From Amnibacterium sp. (lineage in GTDB: Bacteria; Actinomycetota; Actinomycetes; Actinomycetales; Microbacteriaceae): a stretch of DNA of 64,000 nucleotides. Shown here piece after piece: positions 19,008 to 27,537 of this stretch (the stretch's first letter is position 1; every line of letters starts with the position of its first letter). Location: NCBI RefSeq assembly GCF_025463795.1, contig NZ_JAODBE010000057.1, positions 6,460 to 70,459 of the forward strand. The letters are read 5' to 3'. The notes beneath the pieces are model-generated. The model made no database searches and was not told the origin of the DNA. It saw only the letters and a program-made list of their open reading frames with translations. A program made the translations under genes and the position numbers.

Positions 19008-19478
19008 TCAGGCGATCGCCCGCTGAACCAGGTCCGTGATCCGTGCCTCGACGGCATCGTTCCAGTGCAGGAGGGCGAACTCGGACGGCCACATGTCGCC
19101 GTCGTCGAGCCGCGCCTTGTCGCTGAAGCCGAGCGTCGAGTACCGCATCCGGAACTTGCCTCCCGGCTTGAACCAGCAGATGACCTTGCCGTCCTTCGCG
19201 TAGGCGGGCATGCCGTAGTAGGTCTGTGCCGTCAGGTCAGCCGCCATCGCGGACATCAGGGCGTGGAAGCGCTCGGCCAGGCCGCGGTCGGGCTCGTCCA
19301 TCGCCGCGATCTTGGCGAGCAGGTCCGCCTCCCCGTCGACCTTGTCGGCCTTGGAGCCGCGACGCTTCGCGGCCTTCAGCTCGGCGGCGCGGTCCTGCAT
19401 GGCCGCGCGCTCCTCGGCCGTGAAGCCGGCGCTGGATCCGGCGGAGTCGATCTCGTTCGTGGTCTGGGTGGTGGTCAT
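19008..19478 (-). CDS. DUF1801 (YdhG-like) domain protein
   Basis: 156 aa: ...KIAAMDEPDRGLAERFHALM...YGMPAYAKDGKVICWF...DDGDMWPSEFAL... A paralog lies at 40988..41422. Confidence 0.85.
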   Translation of the reverse strand: MTTTQTTNEIDSAGSSAGFTAEERAAMQDRAAELKAAKRRGSKADKVDGEADLLAKIAAMDEPDRGLAERFHALMSAMAADLTAQTYYGMPAYAKDGKVICWFKPGGKFRMRYSTLGFSDKARLDDGDMWPSEFALLHWNDAVEARITDLVQRAIA

Positions 19479-19706
19479 AGCAGTGACGGTAGGCCGGACC
19501 GGCGCCGGCGGCTTCTCCGATCCTGCTCATCTCCTGCCGCCCGGATGGCTGTTCCGAGACCCGACGGCCCGGCCGTAGGCCGATGTCCCGGGCGTAGGCA
19601 TCTGCGGGGCGTGCCGGCCTACGCCCGGGACGGACCCCTCCACGCGGCACAGCGGTCAGGTCTCGCGGGGCGGACGCGGACCCACTGGCGCCGCGTCCGG
19701 CATGCA

Positions 19707-19733
19707 TGTCCTCACCGGGTGGCAGCGTTCGTC
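19707..19733 (+). promoter_or_regulatory. Weak ECF41-like promoter candidate upstream of the YCII gene
   Basis: TGTCCTC (19707-19713), a 16-nt spacer and CGTC (19730-19733), located 55 nt before ATG 19788. Only the TGTC, the spacing and the CGTC match the motif seen at 21026. Confidence 0.3.
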
Positions 19734-19787
19734 GTAGGAATGAACGGCCGCCCGAACGGGGCGCCCCGACCCGCAGGAGAACCCGAG

Positions 19788-20117
19788 ATGCAGTACGTGA
19801 TTTCCGTCCTCGACAACGGCACCGGCACCGGCACCGACGAGGAGATGGGCGCCATCGACGCCTTCAACGACAGCCTCGAGGCGGAGGGCCGGCTTGTCTT
19901 CCTCGGCGGTCTCGCAGAACCGCGCACCGCCGCGGTGCTCGACAACCGGGACGGCAAGGGCATGGTCACGGACGGCCCGTTCGTCGAGCTCTCGGAGTAC
20001 GTGAGCGGTCTCTGGATCGTCGAGGCCGCCGACCGCGAGACGGCGCTCCGGCTCGCCGCCGCGGGCTCGAGGGCCTGCAACCGGAAGGTCGAGCTGCGTC
20101 AGCTCATGAGCGCCTGA
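19788..20117 (+). CDS. YCII-related (DGPF) domain protein
   Basis: AGGAGA precedes ATG 19788. Sequence MQYVISVLDN...MVTDGPFVELSEYVSGLWIVEAADRETALRLAA. Confidence 0.88.
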   Translation: MQYVISVLDNGTGTGTDEEMGAIDAFNDSLEAEGRLVFLGGLAEPRTAAVLDNRDGKGMVTDGPFVELSEYVSGLWIVEAADRETALRLAAAGSRACNRKVELRQLMSA

Positions 20118-20156
20118 GCGTCCTGCCGGTGTCGGCGGCCCGCTCGGCACCCCACC

Positions 20157-21026
20157 TCACTCAGCCTCGGTCGGGCTTCCATCGAGGACCGCCGACAGCC
20201 GGTCGGGATCCGCGAGCACGTCGAGCCGCACGATCCGGTCGTCCCGGATCTCGAAGGCCATGACGGAGACCGGTCGGTTCCCGAGTCGAGCCAGGACGCC
20301 GGGCCGTCCGCCGAGGCGGACGAGGACCGAGTTCGCGGCGAGGCGCGACGAGAGCGCCGCCTGCTCCGCGATCGTCCGTGATCCTTGGAGCAGGGTGGCC
20401 GAGGCGCCGTAGTCGGCGTGGAGCACGGCGTCCTCGTCCAGCAGCGCGAGGAGTCGCGTCAGGTCGCCGTCCCGCGCCGCGGCCAGCCACGCCTCCACGA
20501 TCGAGCGTTCCCGGGCTCTCGACGGTCGCGCGGGCCGCGGGACGTCACGCACCCGGCGCCGAGCCCTTGATGCCTGCTGCCGCACCGCCTGTGACGAGAA
20601 GCCGAGCACGGCGCCGATCTCGGCGAAGGGAACCCCGAAGACGTCGTGCAGCACGAACGCGAGCCGTTCCGCCGGCGTCAGCAGATCGAGCACGATCAGC
20701 AGGCCCGTCGTCGCCAGGTCGGCGCTGTGCATCGCCTCGGCGGGGTCGGCCGCGGTGTCCTTGGCCGCCCACGGCTCGATCTCCCACGACTGCTCGCGAG
20801 TGCGTCGCGGCGAGCGGAGGACGTCGAGGCTGATCCGGGAGACCACCGTGGTCAGCCACGCGTCGAGGTTCTGGATGGTGTGCGGGTCGACGCGCTCGAG
20901 ACGGAGCCACGCCTCCTGCACCGCGTCCTCCGCCTCGGCGTCGGACCCGAGCAGCCGTCGCGCGACGGAGCGGAGCCGCGGGCGGGCGATCTCGAACGCG
21001 CCGGCGAGGGTGTCCGGGTCGGTCAT
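20157..21026 (-). CDS. ECF sigma factor, group ECF41 (SigJ-like), with a fused C-terminal SnoaL/NTF2-like domain
   Basis: Region 2 is DAEDAVQEAWLRL. Region 4 is LTPAERLAFVLHDVFGVPFAEIGAVLGFSSQAVRQQASRARRRV. A ~110-aa extension follows (IVEAWLAAARDGDLTRLLALLDEDAVLHADYG...). No anti-sigma gene is adjacent. Start is the internal ATG 21026. Confidence 0.9.
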   Translation of the reverse strand: MTDPDTLAGAFEIARPRLRSVARRLLGSDAEAEDAVQEAWLRLERVDPHTIQNLDAWLTTVVSRISLDVLRSPRRTREQSWEIEPWAAKDTAADPAEAMHSADLATTGLLIVLDLLTPAERLAFVLHDVFGVPFAEIGAVLGFSSQAVRQQASRARRRVRDVPRPARPSRARERSIVEAWLAAARDGDLTRLLALLDEDAVLHADYGASATLLQGSRTIAEQAALSSRLAANSVLVRLGGRPGVLARLGNRPVSVMAFEIRDDRIVRLDVLADPDRLSAVLDGSPTEAE

Positions 21027-21052
21027 GTCACATCCTCTCCTGCCTGCTCGTC
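21026..21052 (+). promoter_or_regulatory. ECF41-type promoter for the NmrA-like gene
   Basis: TGTCACA (21026-21032), a 16-nt spacer and CGTC (21049-21052), located 49 nt before ATG 21101. This is an exact match to the ECF41 target motif as I recall it. Confidence 0.6.
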
Positions 21053-21100
21053 GAAGAGTCGACGTGGCAGCGGGCCCGTCCGTGACAAGGAGGAACAGAC

Positions 21101-21889
21101 ATGGCCGCTCCAATGCTCGTGACCGGCGGCACCGGCAACCTCGGGCGGCGGGTCGTCGCGCTCCTCGAGGCCGAGGGTCGCGACGTCCGGATCCTGAGCC
21201 GCCACCCGGGAACCGATCGCCCCGGCGTCCGGCACGTCGCCGGCGACACCGTGACCGGGCGAGGTCTGGACGCCGCGATGACGGGCGCGGAGGTGGTGCT
21301 GCATCTCGCCGGCGGCCCGCGCGGCGACGATGCCGCCGGCCGCTCCGTCGCCCGATCGGCCGGGGCTGCGGGGGTGCGGCACCTGGTCCTGATCTCGGTC
21401 GTCGGTGCGGATCGCATGCCCATCGGCTACTTCCGGGCGAAGGCGGCCGCGGAGGGGGCCGTCGCGGCGGGCGGTACGCCCTTCACGATCCTCCGCGCCG
21501 CCCAGTTCCACGACTTCGTGCACCCCGTGGCCCGCGCCCTCGGCCGGTTCCCTCTCGTGCCGGCACCGCGGGGGCTGCGGTTCGAGCCGGTGGATGCGTC
21601 GGAGGTCGCGGTCCGGCTCGTCGAACTCGCCCTCGGGGACCCGGCCGGCCGGGTCCCCGACCTCGCGGGCCCCGACGTCCTCGGGTTCGCCGATCTCGTC
21701 GCCGCGCTCCGGGCGCGGCTCGGACGACGCACCGTACACGTGCCCGTTCCGCTGGCCGGCCGCATCGGATCCGCATACCGGCTCGGCTGGAACCTCGCGC
21801 CTGCGCAGGCCACCCGCGGGGCGATCACCTGGTCGCAGTACCTCGACATCCGGAACGCGGCGTCCGAGAGGAGCGTCCCGCTGCCCTGA
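21101..21889 (+). CDS. NAD(P)H-binding NmrA-like / atypical SDR (epimerase-type) protein
   Basis: AAGGAGGA precedes the ATG. Rossmann N-terminus MLVTGGTGNLGRRVV. Confidence 0.9.
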   Translation: MAAPMLVTGGTGNLGRRVVALLEAEGRDVRILSRHPGTDRPGVRHVAGDTVTGRGLDAAMTGAEVVLHLAGGPRGDDAAGRSVARSAGAAGVRHLVLISVVGADRMPIGYFRAKAAAEGAVAAGGTPFTILRAAQFHDFVHPVARALGRFPLVPAPRGLRFEPVDASEVAVRLVELALGDPAGRVPDLAGPDVLGFADLVAALRARLGRRTVHVPVPLAGRIGSAYRLGWNLAPAQATRGAITWSQYLDIRNAASERSVPLP

Positions 21890-21984
21890 CCGCTGCCGGG
21901 TCGGGATCGATTCGGGCGGCGCGCACGGTGATCCGTTCGGCGAGGCGCTGGACGCCGAGCACCACGTGCTTCTACGGTCCGAGC

Positions 21985-23295
21985 GTGAGCATCGCCGTCC
22001 AGAGCGACCGGGTCGGACCGAGCGGGCTGTCCGACGCGGAGGTCGACGTGCTCGACGCGATCGACGAGCACGCGCTCGTGCAGGATCTCGTCCACCTCAT
22101 CCGCGTGCCGAGCGTGACCGGATCCGACGCGGAGTCGGATCTGCAGCACCGGCAGGCCCGCCGGCTCGAGTCGCTGGGCTTCGCGGTGGACGCCTGGAAG
22201 CTCGACCTCCCCGGGCTCGCCGCCCATCCCCATCACCCCGGAACCGAGTCGGTGCGGCAGGAGGGCTACGGCGTCGTCGGGGTCCTCGGCTCCCAGGCCG
22301 GCCTGCCGGCGCTCGTGCTGCAGGGGCACGTCGACGTGGTCCCCACCGGTGATCTGGGCAGGTGGCACGACCGCAACCCGTGGAGCGGTGACATCACGGG
22401 CACCGTGGTCCGCGGCCGGGGCGCGTGCGACATGAAGGCCGGTGTCGCCGCCAACACGGCCGTCGCCCGGGCGCTGGTCGCCTCCGGCGTGACGCTGGAA
22501 CGGCCGTTCGCCGTCCACTCCGTGATCAGCGAGGAGGACGGCGGCCTCGGCGCCTTCGCCACCATGCTGCGCGGGCACGGCGCGGAGGCCGCGGTGATCA
22601 GCGAGCCCACCAGCGGCCGGGTCGTCGTCGCCAACGCCGGCGCGCTCACGTTCGAGCTGCGCGTGCCGGGTCGTGCGGCGCACGCGAGCGTGCGCCGCAG
22701 CGGGTACAGCGCGATCGACGCCTTCCTGCCCGTCCACGCCGCCCTCGCCGAGCTCGAGCTGCGACGCAACGAGCGGCCTCACCACCTGTTCGACGGCGTG
22801 GTGCTGCCGTACCCGATCTCGATCGGACACATCCATGCGGGCGACTGGGCGAGCAGCGTCCCCGACCTCCTCGTCGCGGAGGGGCGGCTCGGCGTCCAGC
22901 TGGACGAGGAGCCCGCGCACGCCCGCGCGGAGCTGACGGAGGCGGTCGCCGCCGCCTGCAGGCGAGACGGCTGGTTGCGGGACCACCCCGTCGAGATCGC
23001 CTGGCACGGCGGTCAGTTCGCCAGCGGCCACCTCGATCCGGCGGATCCGCTGGTCGCGGAGGTGCTCGGCGCGATCGACGAGGTGGAGCAGCGGACCGCC
23101 TCGCTCGCGGGTGCGCCCTACGGTAGCGACTTGCGGCTCTACGTCGGCATGGGTGGCATCCCGACCCTGCACTACGGCCCGGGCGACGTCGCGTACGCCC
23201 ACGCGCCGCGGGAGCAGGTGGAGATCGCCGAGCTGCTCGCGACGACGCGGACCCTCGCCCTCCTGGCCGCGAGGCGGTGCGGCGCCCACCGCTGA
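21985..23295 (+). CDS. M20-family metallopeptidase (ArgE/DapE-like deacylase)
   Basis: LQGHVDVVPTGD, GRGACDMKAG and VISEEDGGLG. Start taken at in-frame GTG 21985, which is uncertain. The upstream 400 codons of the track ORF are artefact. Confidence 0.85.
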   Translation: MSIAVQSDRVGPSGLSDAEVDVLDAIDEHALVQDLVHLIRVPSVTGSDAESDLQHRQARRLESLGFAVDAWKLDLPGLAAHPHHPGTESVRQEGYGVVGVLGSQAGLPALVLQGHVDVVPTGDLGRWHDRNPWSGDITGTVVRGRGACDMKAGVAANTAVARALVASGVTLERPFAVHSVISEEDGGLGAFATMLRGHGAEAAVISEPTSGRVVVANAGALTFELRVPGRAAHASVRRSGYSAIDAFLPVHAALAELELRRNERPHHLFDGVVLPYPISIGHIHAGDWASSVPDLLVAEGRLGVQLDEEPAHARAELTEAVAAACRRDGWLRDHPVEIAWHGGQFASGHLDPADPLVAEVLGAIDEVEQRTASLAGAPYGSDLRLYVGMGGIPTLHYGPGDVAYAHAPREQVEIAELLATTRTLALLAARRCGAHR

Positions 23296-23604
23296 CCGCC
23301 CGCGGCGACGCGCCCGGGCGTTCGCTGAGCCCATCCGAAGGTTGTTCGCAGCAGCAGCGCGTGCAACCATCAGGATCTTTCCGGGAGCCCGCTCGCGGCA
23401 CCTGTCTGCGCACCTCGTGGCCGAGACCACCGACCGTCTCGCACGAGCACGATCCGGCCGGTCGCCCCACCGACGGGGAGCCGACATGGACCCAGGCGAC
23501 GCGCGCGTCGACCTCGGCGACAGGGCCGTTCCTTGCGTGAGCGTCGCCTCCTCGCAGCGGGACCGCGGCCGGCACGGCCCGGGCCGGATCGAAGGCTGAT
23601 CCGC

Positions 23605-24116
23605 ATGGACATGCGTCTGGAAGGCAAGGTCGCCGTCGTCACCGGAGCGAGCAAGGGCATCGGCCTCGCCGTGGTGCGCGCGCTGTGGGAGGAGGGCGTC
23701 ACGGTCGTGGCGGGATCGCGGCACGGCTCCGACGAGTTGCATGCGCTGGCCGAGAAGGGCGGCGTCACAGCCGTCGAGGTCGACCTCGCGAGCCGTCCGG
23801 TCCGCAGGACCTGGTCGAGCACGCGGACGCGCACGGCGGCCTGGACATCCGCTTCAACACCATCAGTCGCGGACCGGTCGCCACCGATCTGTGGTTCGGG
23901 TCGGACGGCGTCGCCGCGACCGCGGCACGAGACATGCACGTCGACTTCGACACCGCGAAGGACCGTGTGGTCGAGAGCCAGGGCGGCTTCTCGACGGTGC
24001 GGTTCACCCAGCCGCGCGAGGTCGCCGATCTGGTCGTGCTGCTGGCGAGCGACCGGGCCGGGAACGTCACCGGATCCGACTCCCTCATCGACGGCGGCCT
24101 CGTCAAGACCTTGTGA
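23605..24116 (+). pseudogene. Decayed SDR oxidoreductase with one frameshift plus an internal deletion of the catalytic core
   Basis: The N-terminus MRLEGKVAVVTGASKGIGLAVV...TAVEVDL is in one frame. From about 23790 the sequence EPSGPQDLVEHADAHGGLDI|RFNTISRGPVATDLW...NVTGSDSLIDGGLVKTL is in another frame. The NNAG...S...YxxxK segment is missing between GGLDI and RFNTIS. Confidence 0.75.
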
Positions 24117-24146
24117 CCCCCAGAAGAACGACGAACAGGAGCAGCA

Positions 24147-24974
24147 ATGACCTCCCACCCGCCCGTGATCCTCATCCATGGTCTCTGGATCCACAGCGCG
24201 GCCTGGAAGCCGTGGATCGAGCGCTTCTCGGAGCACGGCTATGAAGCGACCGCGCCCGGCTGGCCCGGCGATCTCGACTCCGTCGAAGCGACGCGCGCCG
24301 ACGCGTGGGGGTTGAACGACGTCGGGATCGAAGCGATCTGCCATCACTACGCGGACCTCATCGATGCCATGGGCACCGCGCCGATCGTCGTCGGCCACTC
24401 GTTCGGCGGTCTGATCGCGCAGGAGCTGCTGGCCAACGGTTTCGCCCGCGCGGCGGTCGCGATCGATCCCGCTCCGGTGAAGGGCGTGAAGCACGTCCCG
24501 TTCACGCAGCTGAAGTCGGGCTTCCCGGTGCTCGGCAATCCCGCCAACCGGCACCGCACCGTCGCCCTCACCGCGGTGCAGTTCAAGTACAGCTTCGGCA
24601 ACATGCTCACCGACGAGGAGTCACAGGCACTCTTCGACGAATGGACCATCCCGGGGCCCGGCCGCCCGCTCTTCGAGGACGCCGGGGCCAACTTCTCCCG
24701 GCGGTCCGCCGCGACGGTCGACTTCTCGCATGCCCGGCCCGGGCCGCTCCTGCTGACCTCGGGCACGGTGGATCACACGGTTCCGCAGGTCGTGACCGAG
24801 GACGTGTACCGCCTCTACGGGAAGCAGCCCGACGCCGGCCAGGTGGAGCTGCGGATCTTCGAGGGTCGCGGGCACTCGCTCACCATCGATCACGGCTGGC
24901 AGGAGGTCGCCGACGCCGTGCTGGGATGGCTGGACGAACGAGTGGCCGTCGCCCCGGCCGGCGCTGCCGCGTAA
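24147..24974 (+). CDS. Alpha/beta hydrolase
   Basis: 275 aa with VILIHGLW and nucleophile elbow VVGHSFGG. Confidence 0.9.
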   Translation: MTSHPPVILIHGLWIHSAAWKPWIERFSEHGYEATAPGWPGDLDSVEATRADAWGLNDVGIEAICHHYADLIDAMGTAPIVVGHSFGGLIAQELLANGFARAAVAIDPAPVKGVKHVPFTQLKSGFPVLGNPANRHRTVALTAVQFKYSFGNMLTDEESQALFDEWTIPGPGRPLFEDAGANFSRRSAATVDFSHARPGPLLLTSGTVDHTVPQVVTEDVYRLYGKQPDAGQVELRIFEGRGHSLTIDHGWQEVADAVLGWLDERVAVAPAGAAA

Positions 24975-24990
24975 GGCCTCGGGGAGCACG

Positions 24991-25029
24991 GCTGCGCGGA
25001 CGCCCCGACGATCGGGGCGTCCGCGCAGC
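24991..25029. terminator. Perfect 18-bp stem / 3-nt loop hairpin between convergent genes. Candidate bidirectional terminator without a U-tract.
   Basis: GCTGCGCGGACGCCCCGA-cga-TCGGGGCGTCCGCGCAGC. Confidence 0.5.
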
Positions 25030-25058
25030 GCACTGCCGGTGCTCGAGGAGCGTCCCGA

Positions 25059-25538
25059 CTAGGCCCGGACGGCGGCGAGCACGTCGTCGAGGCGGGTGTA
25101 GCTCTCGGTCGCGCCGTACTCCATGCCGGTGGCGACCATGCCGTCGCGCGCCTCGATGGACGGGAACACCGTGTGGGTGGTGATCCGCGTGCCGCGATCG
25201 GTCGCCTCGAACCGCGCGACGCTCATGCTGACCTGGCCCGGCGCACCGTCGAACTCGAACGTCTGGATGATCAGCGCATCCGTCTCGACGGTGTGGAAGA
25301 CGCCGCGGAAGCCGTAGCTGCCGCCCGCGGGGTCCCGGCTCACGTACCGCCACTGACCCCCCGTCACGGCGTCGAAGGCGAGGATCTCCATGGTCAGCTG
25401 ACCGGGACCGGTCCACCTCGCGAACAGGTCGGGGTCGGTGTGCGCGCGGAAGACGGCGCCGACGGGTGCGTCGAACTCGCGCACGATGTCGACGAACGGC
25501 CGTCCGGGCTCGACGGTGATCTGGGTGGGGTTCGTCAT
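25059..25538 (-). CDS. SRPBCC / AHSA1 (Aha1-like) domain protein
   Basis: GAAGGA precedes ATG 25538. Sequence MTNPTQITVEPGRPFVDIVREFDAPVGAVFRAHTDPDLFARW... The ATG overlaps the arsR-like stop (ATGA). Confidence 0.9.
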   Translation of the reverse strand: MTNPTQITVEPGRPFVDIVREFDAPVGAVFRAHTDPDLFARWTGPGQLTMEILAFDAVTGGQWRYVSRDPAGGSYGFRGVFHTVETDALIIQTFEFDGAPGQVSMSVARFEATDRGTRITTHTVFPSIEARDGMVATGMEYGATESYTRLDDVLAAVRA

Positions 25539-25876
25539 GGTGTTCCTTCTTTCTTGGGGTGCAGGGTCCGGAGGACCTCGTCGAGCCGGCGATGGCGCCG
25601 TTCGGTCTCGAGTCGGAGCGCGTCGAGCCAGGAGGTGAGCGCTTCGAGGGTGGTGGGGTCGAGGTGGCAGGGGCGGCGCTGCGCGTCGCGGCTCCGGGTG
25701 ATGAGACCGGCCTGCTCCAGGACCTGGATGTGGCGGGAGATCGCCTGCTTCGTGATGGGGAAGGGTGCAGCGAGCTCGTTCACCGTCGCGTCGGACAGGG
25801 AGAGGCGCGAGATGATCCCGCGCCGGACCGGATCGGCGAGCGCGGCGAAGGCCCGATCCAGCTCCTCGGGATCCAC
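25535..25876 (-). CDS. ArsR/SmtB-family transcriptional regulator
   Basis: AAGGAG precedes GTG 25876. Contains ALADPVRRGIISRLS...TVNELAAPFPITKQAISRHIQVLEQAGLI. Confidence 0.9.
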   Translation of the reverse strand: MDPEELDRAFAALADPVRRGIISRLSLSDATVNELAAPFPITKQAISRHIQVLEQAGLITRSRDAQRRPCHLDPTTLEALTSWLDALRLETERRHRRLDEVLRTLHPKKEGTP

Positions 25877-25901
25877 TGTACTCCTTATCCAACCGCTGGC
25901 T

Positions 25902-25923
25902 TGATCAACCGAATGATTGATTA
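25902..25923. promoter_or_regulatory. AT-rich imperfect inverted repeat. Candidate operator for the adjacent ArsR-type repressor.
   Basis: TGATCAA-N8-TTGATTA (also contains the TTGATCAA palindrome). It lies 26 nt upstream of the regulator start in an otherwise GC-rich divergent intergenic region. Confidence 0.35.
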
Positions 25924-26026
25924 CGATAGGCGCCGATCGGCGGGAAGTCAAGCGACGGGGAGGCGTCGGGCCCGGAACTGCGGTCGGCGTCGACCACGAT
26001 CCGGCGCGAGGGCTGCGACGGGTAGC

Positions 26027-26581
26027 GTGCCGCCTGTGTCCTCTCCGCGGTCGGTGACGCTTCGGGCTCGCGCCGAAGCCGACCTCGACGTCCTGTTCCG
26101 CCTCGCCGCCGACCTCGCCACCTGGGAGGAGCGGAACGAGTCCCCGCCCGCTCCGCTGACGCGGGTCGCCTTCGACGCCCGGCTCGCTCTGGCGGACGAG
26201 GACCAGGAGCCGGGGAACGTGCGCTTCGTGGTCGACGTTGACGGGGTCGCCGTCGGCACGATCTCCCTGTTCGAGTCGAATGCACTGGCGCGCCACGCGG
26301 AGGTCGGGATCGCGCTGGTCCCCGAAGCCCGCGGGCAGGGCATCGGCACCCTGGCGATCTCGCAGCTCGTCGAGTTCGCGTTCGTGCGCCGGAACCTGCG
26401 TCGACTCCACCTGCAGGCGATCGCGTCCAACGCGGGCGCGATCCGGGCCTACGAGAAGGTGGGCTTCGTCGTCGAGGGGCGCCGGCGCGACCACGCCTGG
26501 GTGCGCGGAGCGTACGAGGACATCGTCCTGATGGGGATCCTCCGGTCCGAGTGGAGCGCGCGCGGCGCCGAGGGCCGATAG
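26027..26581 (+). CDS. GNAT family N-acetyltransferase (RimJ/RimL-like)
   Basis: Contains ARGQGIGTLAISQLVEFAF and NAGAIRAYEKVGF. The GTG start (26027 or 26036) is uncertain. Confidence 0.87.
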   Translation: MPPVSSPRSVTLRARAEADLDVLFRLAADLATWEERNESPPAPLTRVAFDARLALADEDQEPGNVRFVVDVDGVAVGTISLFESNALARHAEVGIALVPEARGQGIGTLAISQLVEFAFVRRNLRRLHLQAIASNAGAIRAYEKVGFVVEGRRRDHAWVRGAYEDIVLMGILRSEWSARGAEGR

Positions 26582-26602
26582 CGAGGCTGCCCACCGTCGG
26601 CG

Positions 26603-27229
26603 TCATGGCGCGGTGCTGGACGGCCATTGCCACTCCGCCCACTCCGGCCACCCGGGCCAGCCGGGCGGCGGAGGCGGGATCTCGATGCCTCGCAGCTCCT
26701 CCTCGTCGGGGACCTGGAACTGCGTCCGCCATCGGTCCACGTCGGCCTCGGTCATCCGGAAGGTCTGATGCGGTTCCTCCTCCTGCCGCCGGGCGATGCG
26801 GGCGAGCTGGACGTGCTTCTCGATCGGCAGGTAGACGACCTCGCACGTCGCGCCGTTCGCCTGCGCCAGCCGACGCAGTGCCGACCGTTCGTCGCGGGCC
26901 CAGAGCCCGAAGTCCAGCACGACGCCGACACCCAGCCGAAGCGCCTGGAGGGCGACCGAGATGAGCCGCCCCTCCAGTACGAAGCGCCTGCCGTCGGCCA
27001 TGCTGTCGCCGAACAGCGGGATCATCCAGTGGTCGGGGGTCAGCCGGAGCGCGTCGTGCGCCGCCGCGAGCTCCCTCGCCCGGGTGGTCTTCCCTGCCCC
27101 TGGTAGCCCCACCATCAGGAACAAGGTCGGACGTCGGCCGGCGCGACCGCGCGGCGCGACGGCTCCCGACGTGGGGTGGTGTGCGGGCGGTTCTTCGTGG
27201 TGCGGATCGGAATGCTGCGACTGAGCCAT
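26603..27229 (-). CDS. P-loop kinase-like ATPase (AAA_33 / zeta-toxin-like fold)
   Basis: Walker A MVGLPGAGKTT. His/Pro-rich N-terminus and Trp/Pro-rich C-terminus (PPPPPGWPGWPEWAEWQWP). Confidence 0.85.
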   Translation of the reverse strand: MAQSQHSDPHHEEPPAHHPTSGAVAPRGRAGRRPTLFLMVGLPGAGKTTRARELAAAHDALRLTPDHWMIPLFGDSMADGRRFVLEGRLISVALQALRLGVGVVLDFGLWARDERSALRRLAQANGATCEVVYLPIEKHVQLARIARRQEEEPHQTFRMTEADVDRWRTQFQVPDEEELRGIEIPPPPPGWPGWPEWAEWQWPSSTAP

Positions 27230-27537
27230 GGTTCCCTCGATCAGGCGGAGTGGCCCGGCAGCGCGGCGCGATGGCGCGGCTGCCGGCGGACGCTGATCAG
27301 CGGTACGGCGCGGCGCTGCCCCGAAGGGCAGGACGATGAGGCCGCGTTCGCGGCGAGCGCGGTACCGCTGCTAGAGCGCGGTCGGCGCGGCCATGACGGC
27401 GAAGCAACCCATGCTGCGACAGTACCCGCCTCCGGTCGGGACGGCCCGGAGCAGCAGACGACCGCAGATCCGCTCCCGAGGGACGGTGGACCGCGCCGCT
27501 CAGGAAGAGGTCCCCTCCTCCTGCAAGTCCGAGCGGG

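Noticed and set aside
25535-27229. A toxin-antitoxin reading of the GNAT acetyltransferase or the zeta-like P-loop kinase
   Set aside because: Neither gene has a small upstream antitoxin-type partner. The GNAT looks like a RimJ/RimL type, and the kinase is monocistronic between convergent or divergent neighbours.
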